A stretch of 64,000 bases of DNA from Bacteroidales bacterium UBA1745 (GTDB lineage Bacteria > Bacteroidota > Bacteroidia > Bacteroidales > UBA932). The stretch covers positions 7,689 through 71,688 of the forward strand of contig DCHT01000066.1 of the NCBI GenBank assembly GCA_002314885.1. The letters are read 5' to 3'. Positions 63,789 through 64,000 of the stretch are shown in pieces; within the stretch, counting starts at the first letter, position 1, and each line of letters opens with the position of its first letter. A program made the translations under genes and the position numbers. The notes under the pieces are model-generated. The model was not told where the DNA came from. It saw only the letters and a program-made list of their open reading frames with translations, and did no database searches.

Positions 63789-64000
63789 ATGACTGACAAC
63801 AATACCATCAATTGTGGAACAATGATGTATTACAGCCTGACTCCCAATGAAGGAATCACGGTGCACTATGTAATCGAGATGAAGGATAAGGTCGATGGCA
63901 ATGCCTTGCGCAATGCCGTGGATACTGCTATGAAGCGTTATCCTTATCTGGGAAAGAAGATTGTGGCCACGGCCGAGGGCTATCGTCTGGAGGACAATGA
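63789..64000 (+). CDS. Partial CDS, possibly a condensation/acyltransferase-like protein
   Basis: Hand translation MTDNNTINCGTMMYYSL...EMKDKVDGNALRNAVDTAMKRYPYL..., open to the window end; TATCTTTG -7 element at 63759-63766. Confidence 0.6.
   Translation, partial: MTDNNTINCGTMMYYSLTPNEGITVHYVIEMKDKVDGNALRNAVDTAMKRYPYLGKKIVATAEGYRLEDN

Overview
Gene-dense 64-kb window from a Bacteroidales-type genome, judged from the SusC/SusD pair, TAnnTTTG promoter elements and many lipoproteins; a gut or rumen origin is inferred. The left half is GC-rich and mostly housekeeping or accessory. It holds a Tat-exported FAD oxidoreductase, a GH13 glycosidase, a PHP phosphoesterase, an Ala/Gly symporter, a SpoIIE/anti-sigma/STAS partner switch, a small alarmone synthetase plus hydrolase pair, an RND efflux system, lipoproteins, fprA-crcB, and a six-gene Ehr (hydrogenase-related) operon that has lost its metal ligands. 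A five-gene module follows (FAD oxidoreductase, SSS transporter, SGNH-like lipoprotein, GH2, GH33). Next comes a more AT-rich, DeoR-regulated polysaccharide utilization locus (PUL, 38.9-62.6 kb). This PUL is the main finding. Besides SusC/SusD, two GH20 enzymes (one fused to a ceramidase-like amidase), a divergent MurQ, a sugar kinase, an MFS transporter and three exported peptidases, it carries three surface lipoproteins. Their domains look like methanogen cell-wall proteins: pseudomurein-binding-repeat-like arrays, a Cys-His-Asp transglutaminase-like protease and a Methanobrevibacter-type glycoside hydrolase domain. I infer a bacterial system for harvesting archaeal peptidoglycan (pseudomurein). 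All family assignments come from reading motifs by eye; no database search was run. No rRNA, tRNA, CRISPR array, integrase or transposase was recognised.
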